A stretch of DNA of 64,000 nt, from NCBI RefSeq assembly GCF_009914755.1, contig NC_060931.1, one strand, 5' to 3'. The notes below the pieces were generated by a model. It did no database searches. It saw only the letters and a list, made by a program, of their open reading frames with translations, and was not told where the DNA came from. Origin of the DNA: the human T2T-CHM13v2.0 reference genome, Homo sapiens. The position numbers and the translations under genes were made by a program. Below are positions 26,267 through 47,400 of the stretch, in pieces; the first letter of the stretch is position 1, and every line of letters begins with the position of its first letter.

Positions 26267-26717
26267 GTATGACATAATTTTACAAAATACTTTTATGAAC
26301 TGAAATGATTCTTACATAATTGAGTTAATGTTGCAAATAAAATACAAACTAGCTAGAGTTATTATTTCTAAGAAAGGGCAGTTTACTAGCTTGAAGGCTT
26401 TTATGTTCCTATAATTTATGAACTATGAAAACTAAAAGCAAAATCTATATCTATTGATACTTCAGGTAATTTCACAAGTTCTGACCAATTTAAAGTTTGT
26501 GAGAAAAACTTAAATATGAAATAATCTTAATATATTACCATTTTCTTATCACTGTTTCCACTAAGAGGAGTTCGTTCAAATTTGATTATTTAAAAGTCAG
26601 TATACCCGCACCTATTAACAGATACTTTGTATTTCTAAGGATCTTTTGACATCATTAAAGCACTTTGACATTTCTTCCTTCATCTTCAAAACCTACCTAT
26701 AAAATACATGAGAGAAG

Positions 26718-27201
<484 letters not shown>

Positions 27202-27268
27202 CTAGAAGTCAGGTCCCTTGACTTCTAGATTTTGATGCTGCTTCTGCTGTTTGTCAGTTACCTAGTAA

Positions 27269-27271
<3 letters not shown>

Positions 27272-27322
<51 letters not shown>
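27272..27322. repeat. (TA)n microsatellite, about 25 units
   Basis: Direct reading. Confidence 0.97.
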
Positions 27323-28380
<1,058 letters not shown>

Positions 28381-29569
28381 ACAATGAGAGCTCGAGGTAA
28401 AATATAGCATAAATAAGACATATATGTGTATGAACTGAGATATATAGAAATAATTAAATGTAACACATCTTTTGGACCATAAGCCTCAGGAAGCTATAAG
28501 GATTATTTGCATTCTTACACCTGGGCACTCTTCCTTTTTGCTGAATACCAGTTTTTCAATCTTTTCTATTTTTGAAATAGGTAAGAAAAGAAAATAATTT
28601 TCTAGAATTTGAAGAAAAATCTTAAAACATTTGAAATTCTTTGTTATGATGACTAATATAACGAATAGCACTCAGGTTTATCAAATATTAACATTTTTCC
28701 ATATTTGTTATAGAATTTTTTTCCATATTTGCTACAGAAATAATTTCTTTATATATATAATACATATTTGAACACTGATTTTACTTGATACATTAATATA
28801 ATGCTGATGTGCTGAGATGAATAAATCAAAGAACCTCTTGGAGCTCTTGGTGTGCAATAAGCATAGTTAACGAATATAAAATAAGTGATATTTTCTAGAA
28901 AATAAATACTGGTCTACAATGCCTTATCTGTCATTTCAAAGTCTCTAAAAAGATCTGAAAATCCAATGCCTTTTAAAAATAAAATTACGGTAATCTCATT
29001 TGGCCACAAAACCTGTTCAGAATTGATGTGAGGCTATTAAGATATTTATTTCTCTTATTTATTAGTGAATATTCATCTTTCACTACAGAAATACTAACGA
29101 GTTTGATTACAGGGTGCTTTAGACTTCCCTCAAGGTGTACATATTTGCTACTTTTCTCTAAAATCCCAAACATCCTGGATTCTGAAACACATCTAAACCC
29201 CCAACATGAATTAGGACTATTATATAAGGAAAGAATTAGGAATTTTGAAAGTGGGAAATATTACTTCTATCTGAAGGATATCTGGAAAGCTTTAGGAGGA
29301 AGTTACCATTTAAGCCAGTCCTTTAAAGTTTGGTAGATTTAATATATGAAGATTGCAGGGAAGCCGTCCAGGTTGCAGACCAAGAGTAAAAAACATGAAC
29401 TAGGGTGAAGAGATTGGTAAGTATTATGATAAGTACAGGGGGTGTTTGGGAAGAGCAAGTGTATTGTTGTGAAAGGACCTAGGAAGTGAACTGATAAGAA
29501 ACAGTAGGAAAATTAGGGAGAGCCTGAATATGATCTTTAAAGGCATTGCTGAGCTAAGTTAGAGAATAA

Positions 29570-30000
29570 TCACTCTTTATAATAGCAAAGACATAAAATC
29601 AACTTCAATGCCCATCAGTGGTGGACTGGATAAAGAAATGTGGTACATACACAGCATAGAATACTATGCAGCCATGTCTTTTGCAGCAGCATGGATAGAG
29701 CTGGAGGCCATTATCCTAAGCAAACTAACACAGGAACAGAAAACCAAATACCACATGTTATAAGTAGGAGCTAAACATTGAGAACATATGGTCATAAAGA
29801 AGGAATAACAGACACCAGGGCTTACTGGAGGGTGCTAGGTGGGAGGAGGATCGAAAAACTACCTGTCGGGTACTATGTTTATTACCTGGATGATGAAATA
29901 ATCCGTACACCAAAACCCCCATGACACGCAATTTACCTGTATAACAAACCTGCACATGTACCCCTGAAACTAAAGTAAAAGTTTAAAAAAAAGAAAAAGA
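29570..30000 (+). mobile_element. L1 3' end (older L1PA/L1PB type)
   Basis: aatagcaaagac...ggactggataaagaaatgtggtac...aacaaacctgcacatgtacccctgaa plus A tail. Confidence 0.85.
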
Positions 30001-30084
30001 AGCAAATTATTTTTTTTTTGGCATGTGAAATCAGAAAAGTCCATTTCCAAAGTAAAACAGGATCTAATAGAAATCAAGTGCTGG

Positions 30085-34038
<3,954 letters not shown>

Positions 34039-35107
34039 AAATAAAGTGCTGGCTAGTGGCTCGAGTATCTAAACCTCCCTGGTGCTTTGCCTGCAATCAG
34101 AGATTGCATCCATCCATCATGCTTTGTGATTCAAATAGCTGGAATTTCTATAAGCTTATTTAACTGAGACTTGATATTTTTATACTCAATTGTGCTTTGA
34201 AGATTAGAAATCTGTTGAAACAGTTCTAACATCATTATAAACATTATAAATATTATTTATTCAACAAATGTTTATTTGGTACCTATTGTTCCAAGTGCTA
34301 GAAATGTTACAGTAAAGAAAACAAAAATCGCTGCCCTTACAGAATTTAACTTCTGGACAATGACACATTTTTTAAAAGTTAGATTATCTACTGGTTTCCT
34401 TCATTTTCTTCTTACATTATGAGTTAATGCATAAGTGAAACTCTAGTTTCGCCTAAAGTGTTCTGTGGCACTTGTCTTCATAATTCACTATAAATCTTTT
34501 AAAATTTGAAGTCATTTGATCTTAAGCCTTTATACTTGGCAGTGAGATAGACCTTAATACTTCCAGTTTCGTCAGAAAAATATAAGGATATGCCTTGTTC
34601 TGATTCAGTCTGTTATCTGTTTATGTTAGAAGTTACAAAAACAAAGTGACAAGCACTAATGAGAGCTTTACACAAAGGTGTAAAGTAGTGTACATATCAG
34701 ATCTATATTTTATTTATCTCTTCCCCCTTTCCTTTTTGCCCTCTCATTATTAATTGTTGGTGACCCTTTCAGGAGTAATTCTAGTGTGTTTACATCTTTA
34801 ATCATTGAATTACTTACACATCCTTTCACCTCATATCATTAGCAAAAACGGATATTTTTTAAAACTATTCCCGACTGCAAGATTATCCTTTTGGTCATGA
34901 AAGCGTGACCTGCAATGGTCCAAGCAAAATTTTTAACATAGTTATCGATGCATAATGTCTTTATAGATAGCAATTAAGTAAAAATATTAAGTCTAATTAA
35001 GCAATTGTTTAAGTTACACAAGTCTCATGAAGTGCATTGGGAAACTTTCTGCTTTTTCTCTTCTTTGAAAGGGCTTGTACAGATGAGAATTACCTGTCCC
35101 TTGATAG

Positions 35108-35406
35108 ATTTTTTTTTTTTTTTTGAGACAAAGTCTTGCTCCATCACCCAGCCTGGAGTGCAGCAGTGCAATCTCGGCTCCCTGCAGCCTCCAATCCCCA
35201 GATTTAAGCAATTCTTGTGCCTCAGCCTCCCAAGTAGGTGGGACTACAGGCATGTGTCACCACCCCCGGCCAATTTTTGTATTTTTAACAGAGACGGAGT
35301 TTCACCATGTTGGCCAGACTGGTCGTGAACTCCTAGCCTCAAGTGGTCTGCCCGCCTCAGCCTCCCAAAGTGCTGGGATTACAGGCATGAGCCATCACAC
35401 CCAGCC
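35108..35406 (-). mobile_element. Alu inside an old L1M fragment
   Basis: Alu in reverse. Confidence 0.9.
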
Positions 35407-35753
35407 CTACCTGTTCCTTGAATGTTAAGTAAAATTCACTTGTAAACTGGGCCTGGTATTTTCCTTGTGGAAAGATTTTAAACTACTGATTTGGTCTCTC
35501 CAAAGTTTTAAATTTAGATTGTTTCTTAGTGGGTTTGGATTTTTTTTTCCATTTTTATATTGGCTATTAAAAATGTAGGGGAGCTTCTGTCATTCAGTTT
35601 CGCTTCATCTAAACTAGAACCTACCATCAAAATTGCTATTTCAATATGATGTGTGATTCATATTTGGAACACAGTTTTAGAAATGCTTTTTGAAAGTAAC
35701 TTTAAATAAAATATTGTGATATAGTTAATGAAGATCATTTTATTTTGTCATAG

Positions 35754-35883
35754 GAGGAACCAAATCAGATGAAAAAGTGGACTTGAGCAAGGACAAAAAA
35801 TTAGCCCAATTTAACAACTGGTTTACATGGTGTCATAATTGCAGGCACGGTGGACATGCTGGACATATGCTTAGTTGGTTCAG
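35754..35883 (+). CDS. MIOS: MIOS coding exon 9 (RING part: [16 protein letters not shown])
   Basis: gtcatag acceptor; phase 1-2; donor AG/GTAATC. Confidence 0.96.
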
Positions 35884-36615
35884 GTAATCAGCACATTTCT
35901 TCTTTGATAGGCTTGGAGTTATGGGGGATAACACAGATTGCTTCTAAATAGTTTGGGTTTATCTATTAGCATTTAGCCAAAGTATGGATTTTATTTTTTA
36001 CTGTCACTCATGTTAACAAAGGTGGTGTGAACATGTCGTGATTAGATATCCTATGTAACCTTAAACTATAAAGGTAATACTTATGTAAGAACTAATTTAA
36101 ATGTTTTGTATGAGTTAAATGTTTGAATAACATTATTTAACTTTATTCGGGGAGAGGATATGTTTACAGTTTTTACACTGAATATTCTGTAATTTACCAT
36201 GCAATTGAATTACTAATGAAATGTTAAAAGAGCATATCATACCTCTGCCTCAGTTCTCTTCTAAGTAAGCTTTTTATGTAGTCACGCAATTAAGACTGTC
36301 AAGACATATTTGAATTTCATTTTGAATGGTGCCAGTGGCCCTGTGCTCCTGGTTGATACAGCATTTATACCCAGTTTGTCTTACTAGCTAATTTAAACTC
36401 TGAGCACATCCCTGTCACCTTCACAACTATAAATGAAATATCTTGCCATATATGTAGAAAGTAAAAGGTATGTGTTTCTTAACTTCTCCCTAAACTTCAG
36501 CTTGGCAGTAGTTTATAATTTCATGCTTTTGATGCTTTTTTTCTCTGGGTTTTGGTTTCTATATTTTTCCAAATGCCATTTTGAAAAGTTGCATTATAGA
36601 TAGATATAAGTAAAC

Positions 36616-36755
36616 AGGTGGGCACAGTGGTGCACACCTGTAGTCCCAGCTACTCAGGAGGCTGAGGCAGGAGGATCACTTGAGCCCAAAAGTGTGCGTA
36701 CAGCCTGGGAAATATAGGGAGACCCTGTCTCTTAAAAAATAAATAAATAAATAAA
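36616..36755 (+). mobile_element. FLAM/Alu monomer with (AAAT)n tail
   Basis: gggcacagtggtgcacacctgtagtcccagc...gaccctgtctc. Confidence 0.8.
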
Positions 36756-36807
36756 TGTATGTCTGTCTAATTTGGATTTTTAACTGTTATTTGACCTATT
36801 TTTTTAG

Positions 36808-36904
36808 GGACCATGCAGAGTGCCCTGTGTCTGCATGCACGTGTAAATGTATGCAGTTGGATACAACGGGGAATCTGGTACCTGCAGAGACTGTCCAGCC
36901 ATAA
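36808..36904 (+). CDS. MIOS: MIOS last coding exon ([14 protein letters not shown]...ETVQP*)
   Basis: ttttag acceptor; stop TAA 36902-36904. Summed CDS is 2628 nt = 875 aa plus stop. Confidence 0.96.
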
Positions 36905-38740
36905 AATGTTACCACCTTAAGAGAACCCTTCAAGTGTGGAGCTTTCTAGTAGGTGTCCTTCATAGCTCAGAAACATACCTCAGAACAAGCCATTCATGAC
37001 TTACCTGTAATGGGAAAATAAATCATTCTATCAGATCAGCAGTTTTGATGTTTGAGTGATTTTGATATGCTTCACAGAGACAAATGCTGCCAAAATAAAC
37101 ATCGAAGTATAGACATGAGTTCTGTTCAGCAGGTTGAAAAGTCTGATTTAGAAAAACTTTCTAAGTTTTGGTTGAAATTATGAACACTCTAGAAGCAGAA
37201 TTTCTGGAAGAGCCAAGAACAGACTTTGAGCCTATATCTTCAAAGCTGAAACTGGATATCTTTCAATAAAATATGTGCACTTTTAAAATAAAATGACTAA
37301 TTCTGTGATTCAGACAATAGTTTTAAGTTCAGCTGTGCTTAGATTTCTTTCAGATTAATTTAAAATTATAGATTTTTACTTTTAGAATTGCAGAGCCCCT
37401 ATCCCACACTGGAGAATATTTTTTATTACTGTCTGTTATATATGTGTCTATGTGTGTGTGTATATTTATGTGTGTATGTATAAATATGTACTTTTTAAAG
37501 GAGCCTTTTCCCTCCTTTGATTTTAAGATAAGCAATCTTTTGGCATAACATTATCGTCTTCCTAGAAAAGCCAAGATGAAGAATCTATCTTACAACTTTT
37601 TCTCTTCAGTAGAGAAAAACATGTACCATTTCAGGTGAACATACAAAATTTTCACTTTCTACCTTTTGCCTTCCAATGTCCTGATTTGTCTTCAAAGGTT
37701 TTTCTCCATATTAATTTGTCATCTTATCCTCATCACCTGAGAACATTTTACTGCATACAAAGTCTATGCAAGATTATATGTAACTAGCCATTTAGTATAA
37801 TCTATGTCAGTGTTTCTGTGCTGTCAAATTCCGTCCTGATTTGGAATACCATACCTTGTTCTTTCCAAGGTAGACTAGGAAGTGTTGGGGAAATAGGGTC
37901 ACTTCAGAGACCATTTTAGATGTAAGTTTTTAAATGTAAGTGTTACTGGGGCTAAGTCAGGGACTTTATTTAAAACATTTTTTTTTTCTCATTTCATAGC
38001 TAGATAGTTGTAAGAGAAATACAAAGAATTTACAAGATGCTTCTCTGTCATCTGCCGTATGCAGAGGGACTGAACTAGGAATTTTGTAGTTGAAGCTGTG
38101 TTCATAAAGAGTAAATCTTATTTTATAGATTTTGGAGAAATAAAACAAGAATTTTAAGAGCTTTCGTATTAGCAGTTTTGCCTTATAAAAACTAAGATTT
38201 GTCAGATTAGTTTGAGGTGTAACCTAAATATTAAAAGTAGATTAAATTTATTTTTTACCTTGAGTGTCTGATACATAAAACCCTTTTCTAGGAAAACATT
38301 GGAAGTAGTACATATTTACTCTAAATGTCTCACCTGCATGACAGTCTTTTCAAATGAAAGACATGGTAATTGCAATTTTTTTTTAAAGATTGCTATTAAG
38401 GGTACTTTTTCCAGCCTTCATTTGAGTAAATCTTAATTGATTTCATTTTATTAACATATACCCTTTACCTTTAATATTTCATTTGAAGTGTTCCTTTCAA
38501 ACTTACTGTCTTAAATATGAAAGTCAGCTTTAAGTAATGTCAGACTCATATGCATTTTCATTCTCATTAGCTAAAGTAAAATGTAAAATTATCTCAAATA
38601 GTTACAAGTTTTGGAAATACAGTATAAAACATGAATGTAAAGTCTATTATGTAATATGCTTATTTGTAATCCTAATATATGAGGGTGACATTTTTAAGAT
38701 TGTATGTATGTGTCAACCTCTTAAATGTTTTCTGTGAAGC
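36905..38740 (+). promoter_or_regulatory. MIOS: MIOS 3' UTR with multiple poly(A) signals (distal end approximate)
   Basis: AATAAA at 37017, 37094, 37265, 37287 and 38139; AU-rich with no recognisable interspersed repeats; GU-rich tract at about 38755-38792. Confidence 0.6.
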
Positions 38741-39229
38741 CCAAACATGCAGTTTATGTCTCTGGTGTCTGTTTTGCATTTCAGTGTGCGTGGACAATCA
38801 AATTATTTTCTCATTTTTATCACTAAGTCACTGGTATTTGGGTTTATAAACTCAACAAGATACTTTACCTAAACATGATCAATAGATGTGTTTATTAAAA
38901 GTGTTTTTATTATTTTTAAAAGATTGAATAAATCTGGGTTGAAGTCATTGTATCTAATCAAGAAATTATGATTCCTTTACAAATAATCCACGTGAAGTAA
39001 TATTGGTGCTTTTTTTGATGACAGACTTCATACTTAATATTAGAAGTAACATTCCTTTTAGGCTCTGTTTTTCAATTCAACCCACTTTCCAGAATAGTTA
39101 TTATCCTTTAAAATGGTATATTTTAAAAGTAGATTCCCATTGTCAATGCTTCACATAGTAAGTATTTAAAAGAATGTAGTTCTTCATTTAATTAGATGAC
39201 TCAATTTCAGTCATTCATTTGACTGCAAG

Positions 39230-39440
39230 TAGTTAAAGCATGGTCTTTGAAACATAAATTATAATCCTAGCCTCGGGATCTTCGGTAAGTGACTTGACCT
39301 TTTTGAGCTTCAGTTTCTTCATATGTTAAAAGAAAGATACAGAAATACCTACCTCAGAGTGTGGGAGTATTAGGTGATGCAATAAACATGAAGTGCCATA
39401 TCCCTGTCACATGGTGCTCTATAAATGGTAGTGATTAGCA
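39230..39440. mobile_element. MIR
   Basis: gtaagtgacttgacctttttgagcttcagtttcttcatatgt...cctacctcagag. Confidence 0.7.
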
Positions 39441-40469
39441 GTCATTGTTACCTTCATTTTCATAGATTGCTCATGTATCAGTACTTTTTCAATGAATACT
39501 TATAGTATAATTTTAATTATAGTTAAAATTATAAGTATAATGAATACTTATAATTTTAACGAATCTACATTTGTCTCAAGAATGAAAATTTCCTTGGTGT
39601 GAGTTAGCTGAAATAGATTTTCTTAAAAAGAATGAAAATTCCCAATAATAGTTATACTCCAAATATAGGGTAAACAAAAGTAGCTAAGTCCTGTCTCAAA
39701 AGAAAAATGCCATAATTTGGATAAATTTATAGTATTACTGTTTTTGCTGCATGCAAAAATCCTCCAAATGACCTCCTAAGAGTTAAATATGATATAAAAA
39801 TGAACCCAGAGGAAAAAATTATGGCAAATTTAACAACTGACTATTGAAAACTTTAAGTTTTATGTCTAAACTCTTAATTTAACTACGTTTAAATTGAACT
39901 CCCTAATCTGGATACTTGGAGAAAGTATCCAGGATTATTCTGTGTACTTTTTCTTTTTCTGCCATTCTATTACACTTGATGTTCATTTAAATTATAATGT
40001 TGGGGTGGTAGTGATAATTTCAAAAGTATACTGTGAGACTTGCTGTCCCGGAATAGCCGTAATTAAAGCTAGTGGGCACAATTTCTGACATCTGCTCAGA
40101 CAGGCATCAGAGAGGTAGGAGGCACATATTTGGGTCAATATCTTGTATCAAGTCTAGTGACCCACATCACAATGACAGAAACAGGCCTTGTTAGATAGCA
40201 GCTCCCCTGTCCACTACTCACTCCTTCCATTACATCATCTGCCAGTTTTCTCTCCTACCTGAAAATGTTGTAGGTTACTTTGTTGATTATAACAAGTAGC
40301 ACTTTACAAATATATTAATTTTTATAAAATACTACTTTTCCCAGAGTACAGCGACAGAAGGAAAGCTTCCCAAGGTTTTTAAAAGCTAACAACCCAGATA
40401 TCAAATTAACACAACTTTAACATGATAAAGTCACAAGTAAAATTAGCATCAAATGCAGCAGTATATAAA

Positions 40470-40665
40470 TTACTGTTAATGCCTTTTATGTGCCAGGTGC
40501 CAAGCGCATTATCCTGTTTTCGCAATAAACCTATGAGGCAGTTATGCCATTATTGTCCCCGTTCTGTAAAGGAGGCAACTCAGGCATAGGGACATCAGGT
40601 CACTTGTCCTAGGTTACATGAGTAGCAAATACAGCCAAGACTTAGATTCCAGTAGTCTTGACCTG
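40470..40665. mobile_element. MIR
   Basis: aaacctatgaggcag...aaaggaggcaactcaggc...cacttgtcctaggttac. Confidence 0.7.
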
Positions 40666-40719
40666 CTAATCTGCCCTTTTAATTTCTGTTTTCTGCTTCT
40701 GTGTACTACTTTGTAGGTT

Positions 40720-41800
40720 ATATACGTAAGAGAATGATTCACTACGACAAAGAAGGGTTTATTCCAAGAATTAAGTACTGGGTAATATTTTAATTATATT
40801 TAGTATTAATATACCAAAAGAGAAGAACCACAAAGAGCTTGATAAAATTCAAAAATTGATCTCTTAATTTGTTTTTGAGGTCAGTTTTTATGCAAAGGAA
40901 ATGTTTTCTCTCCATTTTCTCCCCTCCTGTTTTACTGTCTCATACATCATGATGCCTATTAGAGAAATACTAGAATCCTTCTCACTATAGACAGGAATAA
41001 GAAGTGGATGCTGTTGTCACTGGTTCTGCACATGGCAATGAAAAAGAAGAAAGCGAAAGGCACACCTTTGCTTCTTTTCCAAGTCATCAAAATTTGATAT
41101 GGCAAAAATCATAGTTACAAGGCAAACAAATTGATAAACTACAACATTTATGACAAATTGCCTTAATTCAGAAAGGACATTTTCAAAGCCGAGGAAAAAA
41201 CAATCAGTAGATAATATCAATCAAAGACTTGTGCAAGCAAAATAGAACTGCTGACAAATAAATGCTAAATCAGTAACATGCTGATTAAAAAGTAGAATAC
41301 TGTTCGCCTGACTGCATAGATTTAAAATAATAGGCATTTTCATGGATGTGGGAAGGAAACATTCTGAGATAACAGCTTATGAGAGTTTAAGTCTTGAGGA
41401 CAGGTAAACTGTATTAATCAGAAGCCGTAAAGAGTTTCATACCCTTTGACATAGTATGCTGGGAATATTTTCTGAGGGATTGATTGCATAAGTGCACAAA
41501 GATGTATATTTTTATGATACGGTTCTACACAGTATTGTTTATAATAAAAACTTGGAAACCTAAATGTCCAATAATAGAAAAGAATAAATTATTGTATATA
41601 CATACAGTGGGTTACTAAGAAATGATTCAATTAGTATAGATATTTTCATTGACAAAGGTTTCTTAATATATTGGTAAGTGAAAGGGAAGTTTTAGGATAG
41701 TATATCTAGCATATAAATATATTTGTTTGGGATATGGTTAATACAGAAACTTTAACAGTGGCCATCTTTAAAGAGTGGAATTTTGAGTAACATTTTCTTC
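40720..41800 (+). mobile_element. Highly degraded L1M fragments
   Basis: Remnants of ORF2 and 3' UTR (gataaaattcaa; aaaaacttggaaacctaaatgtcca; ttaacagtgg). Confidence 0.5.
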
Positions 41801-44800
41801 ATATCTATCTTTCATTTTTCCCAATAATAATGAATATATAAATGTACATGCATCTCTCTGTCTGTCTCACTCTGTCTCTCGCGCACACACACACATACAC
41901 ACCATATATGTATATACTGGCTTTTAGAAAAGTTATCCATGACCTTGTATCTTGTTACTAAACACAGTGAAACAATCATATGTTAGGATTTATTCTATGC
42001 GGTGAAAAAACAGGCTACAAGATGTTATGAAAATTTGGATTGAGATCTAATTGTTCAGAAAGCATTTTCTAGATTTCTTACTCTACACTAGTAATATACA
42101 AGAATAACAAGATATAGTCCTCTCAATTCTTCATTACATTTGGAAGTAGTGCATTATGTTCTCCACTTAGCGTATTGGGAAATGAATATGTAAAATAATT
42201 CTGATTTCCCTGAGCTTAGTGGTACATGATTAATAACTTCATTTCAATATTTTTTCTCCTATATCTTCGTCATGAGATTTCCTGACTCCTCTTTTTTGGC
42301 TCTGGGTCTGTGGTGGGAAAGCTGTCCTCCTCTATGTACTGAATTTATGTGATTATTGTCCAGTCTAATCTGGCATGCACTTTGCTCAATTCATTTCCAA
42401 TAATAGCAGGTTATTTAGGTTTAAGTGATGAATTCTGAACATGCCTGTGTGTCTTTGCTTCACCAAAACACAGAACCATACCTACGTGTGCTGGACAGTG
42501 TTAAAGGTTCTGATGTTAAAGGATTGATGGCACCATAGTTGCCTTGGGGGAGTTGTATGTCTAATGGAAGAGGCAGATCCAGGCATAGTTTTCAGCAGAT
42601 TCAAATCTATTAAGCTTAATATTTACAACTGCTATAGCATTTGCATAAAATGAGTATCATTTTAGCATCTCTGCAAGCCAGAAAATGTCTATTTGATTTT
42701 CTCATTTTGGACTTTAAAAATTATTTTCCAATTAAAAATAATTTGAGGAAATAGAGATTTCCATAACGTTTTTCAAAAATGTAATTTTCTTACTCATCTA
42801 CTAATGGCACAGTGTTTTAAAATGCTTTGCTAAAAAGGCAGCTTTAGGATTAAAGGATAATTTATGTAATGTTAGAAACAGCAGCAATAATAATTCAGTA
42901 GAGACTTTCATCATTCAATTTATGAAAAGCATATTGCCTTAACATAATTTCTTAACTGGAAATTTAGATGCAGGAATCAAATTAGTCTCTTAAAATATAA
43001 AGTCACAAAGACAAGTCTGGAGGAGCATTTGAAGGGATTAATGTCTCACAGCTTGAAACATATATGTAAGAATTCATGCAAACTATTTATCTTACATCTT
43101 TTTATTTAAAGAATTTTAGCTCCATCTACACATAAGAAAGCCTGGAGTTTGAAATAATAGTTGTCCAAATTCATGCTTATCCAGATTTATATCACATTGC
43201 AGCCACATATTTTGCTGATGATAGTTAAATAAGAAGTTGCTACTGTAAAATGTAAAGCTAAGTATCCTTTTTAGCACCATGTATTATTTCATAGTAAAAA
43301 TTGGAATGTTACAATATTCCTGTGGTGTTATGTCAAAAAAATATTTTCATCGTCAATTTGAAAACTTTTATTATGCATTAAGTAGGTATACTTAATATTT
43401 GAACAACTATGGATGTGTATCTTTATGGTACATAAATGTTCCCAAAATAGATGAAGATGTGTATTTATGAAGCAAACATATTCAGCGATGTGACAAATGT
43501 GAGAGAAGTATCTCTTGATAAAGTAATACTTCTTTAAAAATTAATATGTTTTATCATTTCAAATCTTCTGATCTTTTTCTTCCATTCTTCAAAAATGGAA
43601 TGTATGGTCACTTGTCACTCTTAGTACAGATTAGCATTTTTAAACATAGACGGCTTTCTGAAATACATTAAATGCTTTTTGGAAAATTGAGTGTAACTCT
43701 TTGAATGAATGCTAAGATACTGTTGGCTTCCAAAAGAGAATACTCCAGACAGGGTACATTTTTTCTCTTTTTCTACTGGAAGAACCAGACACAATTTAGA
43801 GACAAGTAAGCTGAGGACAGATTTTCAAGGTCATCTGGGAACAACTACTCTTTTAGAAACATTGTATTGTTTTTTAATATATTTTATTGAATTTTGTTAC
43901 TTCTGTCTTCAGAAAATGTTATATGAATACAGAAAATGTATGTTCCCTGTGGGGACCTGGGAAATTAAAAACGTGTATCATCCTGATAAAACATATCTCA
44001 TGGGAAAAATTGGCCAAAACAGTTAGTTACTCAGTATATCTCCAGGTTTGCATCTTCTACTTCTTATGTATTCATTTAGAGTCCTCTTCCAGTGTGTGGA
44101 CCTCTGCAGATTCTAGATAACTTTTCAAATATGCTAGATTTTGAGCTGTATATTTTTTCTCAAGCAGAGACATCTGCGCATAGTGAAAATCAATTCTCAG
44201 AGACCAAAATTGCCAAGCATACGTGACGGAACTGTAGGGAAAAAGGGCATAACTTTAATCTTCAAAGAAGCTTAAAAATAGCTCCACAGTTATTATGCAT
44301 GAGGCCTGACAATTGACATTTCTCATTTTGGCAGCATTCACCTACAGCACCCTATCAGCAACTGAACACATTCATCTCTGGAATAAATGATTAATGAGCT
44401 GCCTATCATTTCCACTCCTTTTGTACCAAGTGGTGGAGGCTTCAGTTGATCATATTGCAGCCATCAACATCATTACTGAAATTGATTCTGCCACTAGAGG
44501 GTTGTGCTAGGATCATCAATTAGCATTTAAATTAAAAAGTTATGGCATTAAAAATAACAAAAAAATAATCCCTTCTGAGTCACTCTGTCAGACCTGGTAA
44601 GGTGATTTTGTTTTTTTGCTCATCAGACAGCATCACAAAACCTTAGATTGAGGAAGGAAGCATGGAAGGATTGTTTTTGTTTCAAGAACAACCCTCTAAG
44701 ATTTCCAAACTTTTTATTAATCACTGTCATGTTCCTTGAAATGCAGATTTATGAAATGCTACAATTTGCATTCAATAGTGACCAATGAAGTTGCCAAATT

Positions 44801-46149
44801 ATTTCCTTCAGACAAAAAGTCAAAGGATAGAGTTAGGCATTTTTGAAAGGTCAGAATTTATCCAGAAAGGGGGAAGTTAGAGGAAGGAGATTTACAAATG
44901 ATACTGAGATACAGCAAAATAAAGTTTTTCTTATATTTCAGCAGGCAGATGTGAGAATGAAGTGAAAAGAACATCATCATTTAGATGTCGGGATGATGTG
45001 GGCTGCATTTCTAAAACAGATGGCAGATAATGTGGGTCTCCATAGTCCTACAAAAAAGTGACAGATTGTAGTTTTGGTAAAATGATACATCAAGGAAAAT
45101 GAATGGTACTTGGAATAGGTATTTTAGCATCTCTTTCTGCTCCTGGGACCAAGTTCCTCAAGTTCTCAATATTACTGAGCTTAAACTCCTTCCTCATCTA
45201 TGTTCATCTTCAAGCATGGCTTTCTCCTATTTCCTCATTGTTTCCTCTCTCTTCCCCTGTTGAATTTCAAATTCAAATATAAACAGTTGGTTTTGGTTTT
45301 ATCTGCCTCTGAATTAAGACACTACCTTTACTACATTGTATTGGTCACCCAATTGAAGTGCATGTGCATTTTCTTCAGAGCTGAGACGCATTGATTATAC
45401 AACAAAATGGAGCTATCATAGGTCCTCAATCCAGCTGCTCTGTCCTATACTTGATTAATATTCTTTCCACAATCTGTTGGTAGTGGTATTGTGACTTTTC
45501 ATTTCTGTCTTTGTGAAATTTTAAGAAGAAGCTAACAAAGGCTGCTTTGAGGACTGCTAAGTAGAGGACATTTTTACCTAACATTGATTAATGTAGATAG
45601 CTGAGACTTACTTGTATTTTGAAAAATGGGAAGAAAATGGTCATGGTAAGAAGCACTGGGTGATAAGAAAAACACATAGTAACAAGATTTCTACATGTGA
45701 GCCAATAGCAAACTTCCTCTATGTGTTAAAATTCTCCAATGAGAAATACAGCAACTCGTTTCAGACACCATGAGATGGACAGGTTAGGCCAAGTTGTGCT
45801 TGACCTAGTGGTGAATGACCACACACTTCTTTACCTTTGGCACAAGTGGTTCATCAATCTCCCACTTTCCCTCAGATCCTTTTTCAGCGTAGTATTCTAG
45901 GCACCAACTGCCAACTGGCCAGTGTTCACCTGTTTGTCATTTTCAGCTTAACTACCAATTTGGACAATTGGAGAGGTATTCGAACCGGATGGTAAAGCTG
46001 AAATTAGATCTCAAGTCTCTTCACTGAAGTCTAGTACTCTTATATTTCATAGACAATGAACTGGACCAGATGAATTCTTCTGTTAGTATGATGTATATCA
46101 TATGAACTTCCAATAATTTTAAAGCTAACTTTTTATTATAAAAATGATA

Positions 46150-47400
<1,251 letters not shown>

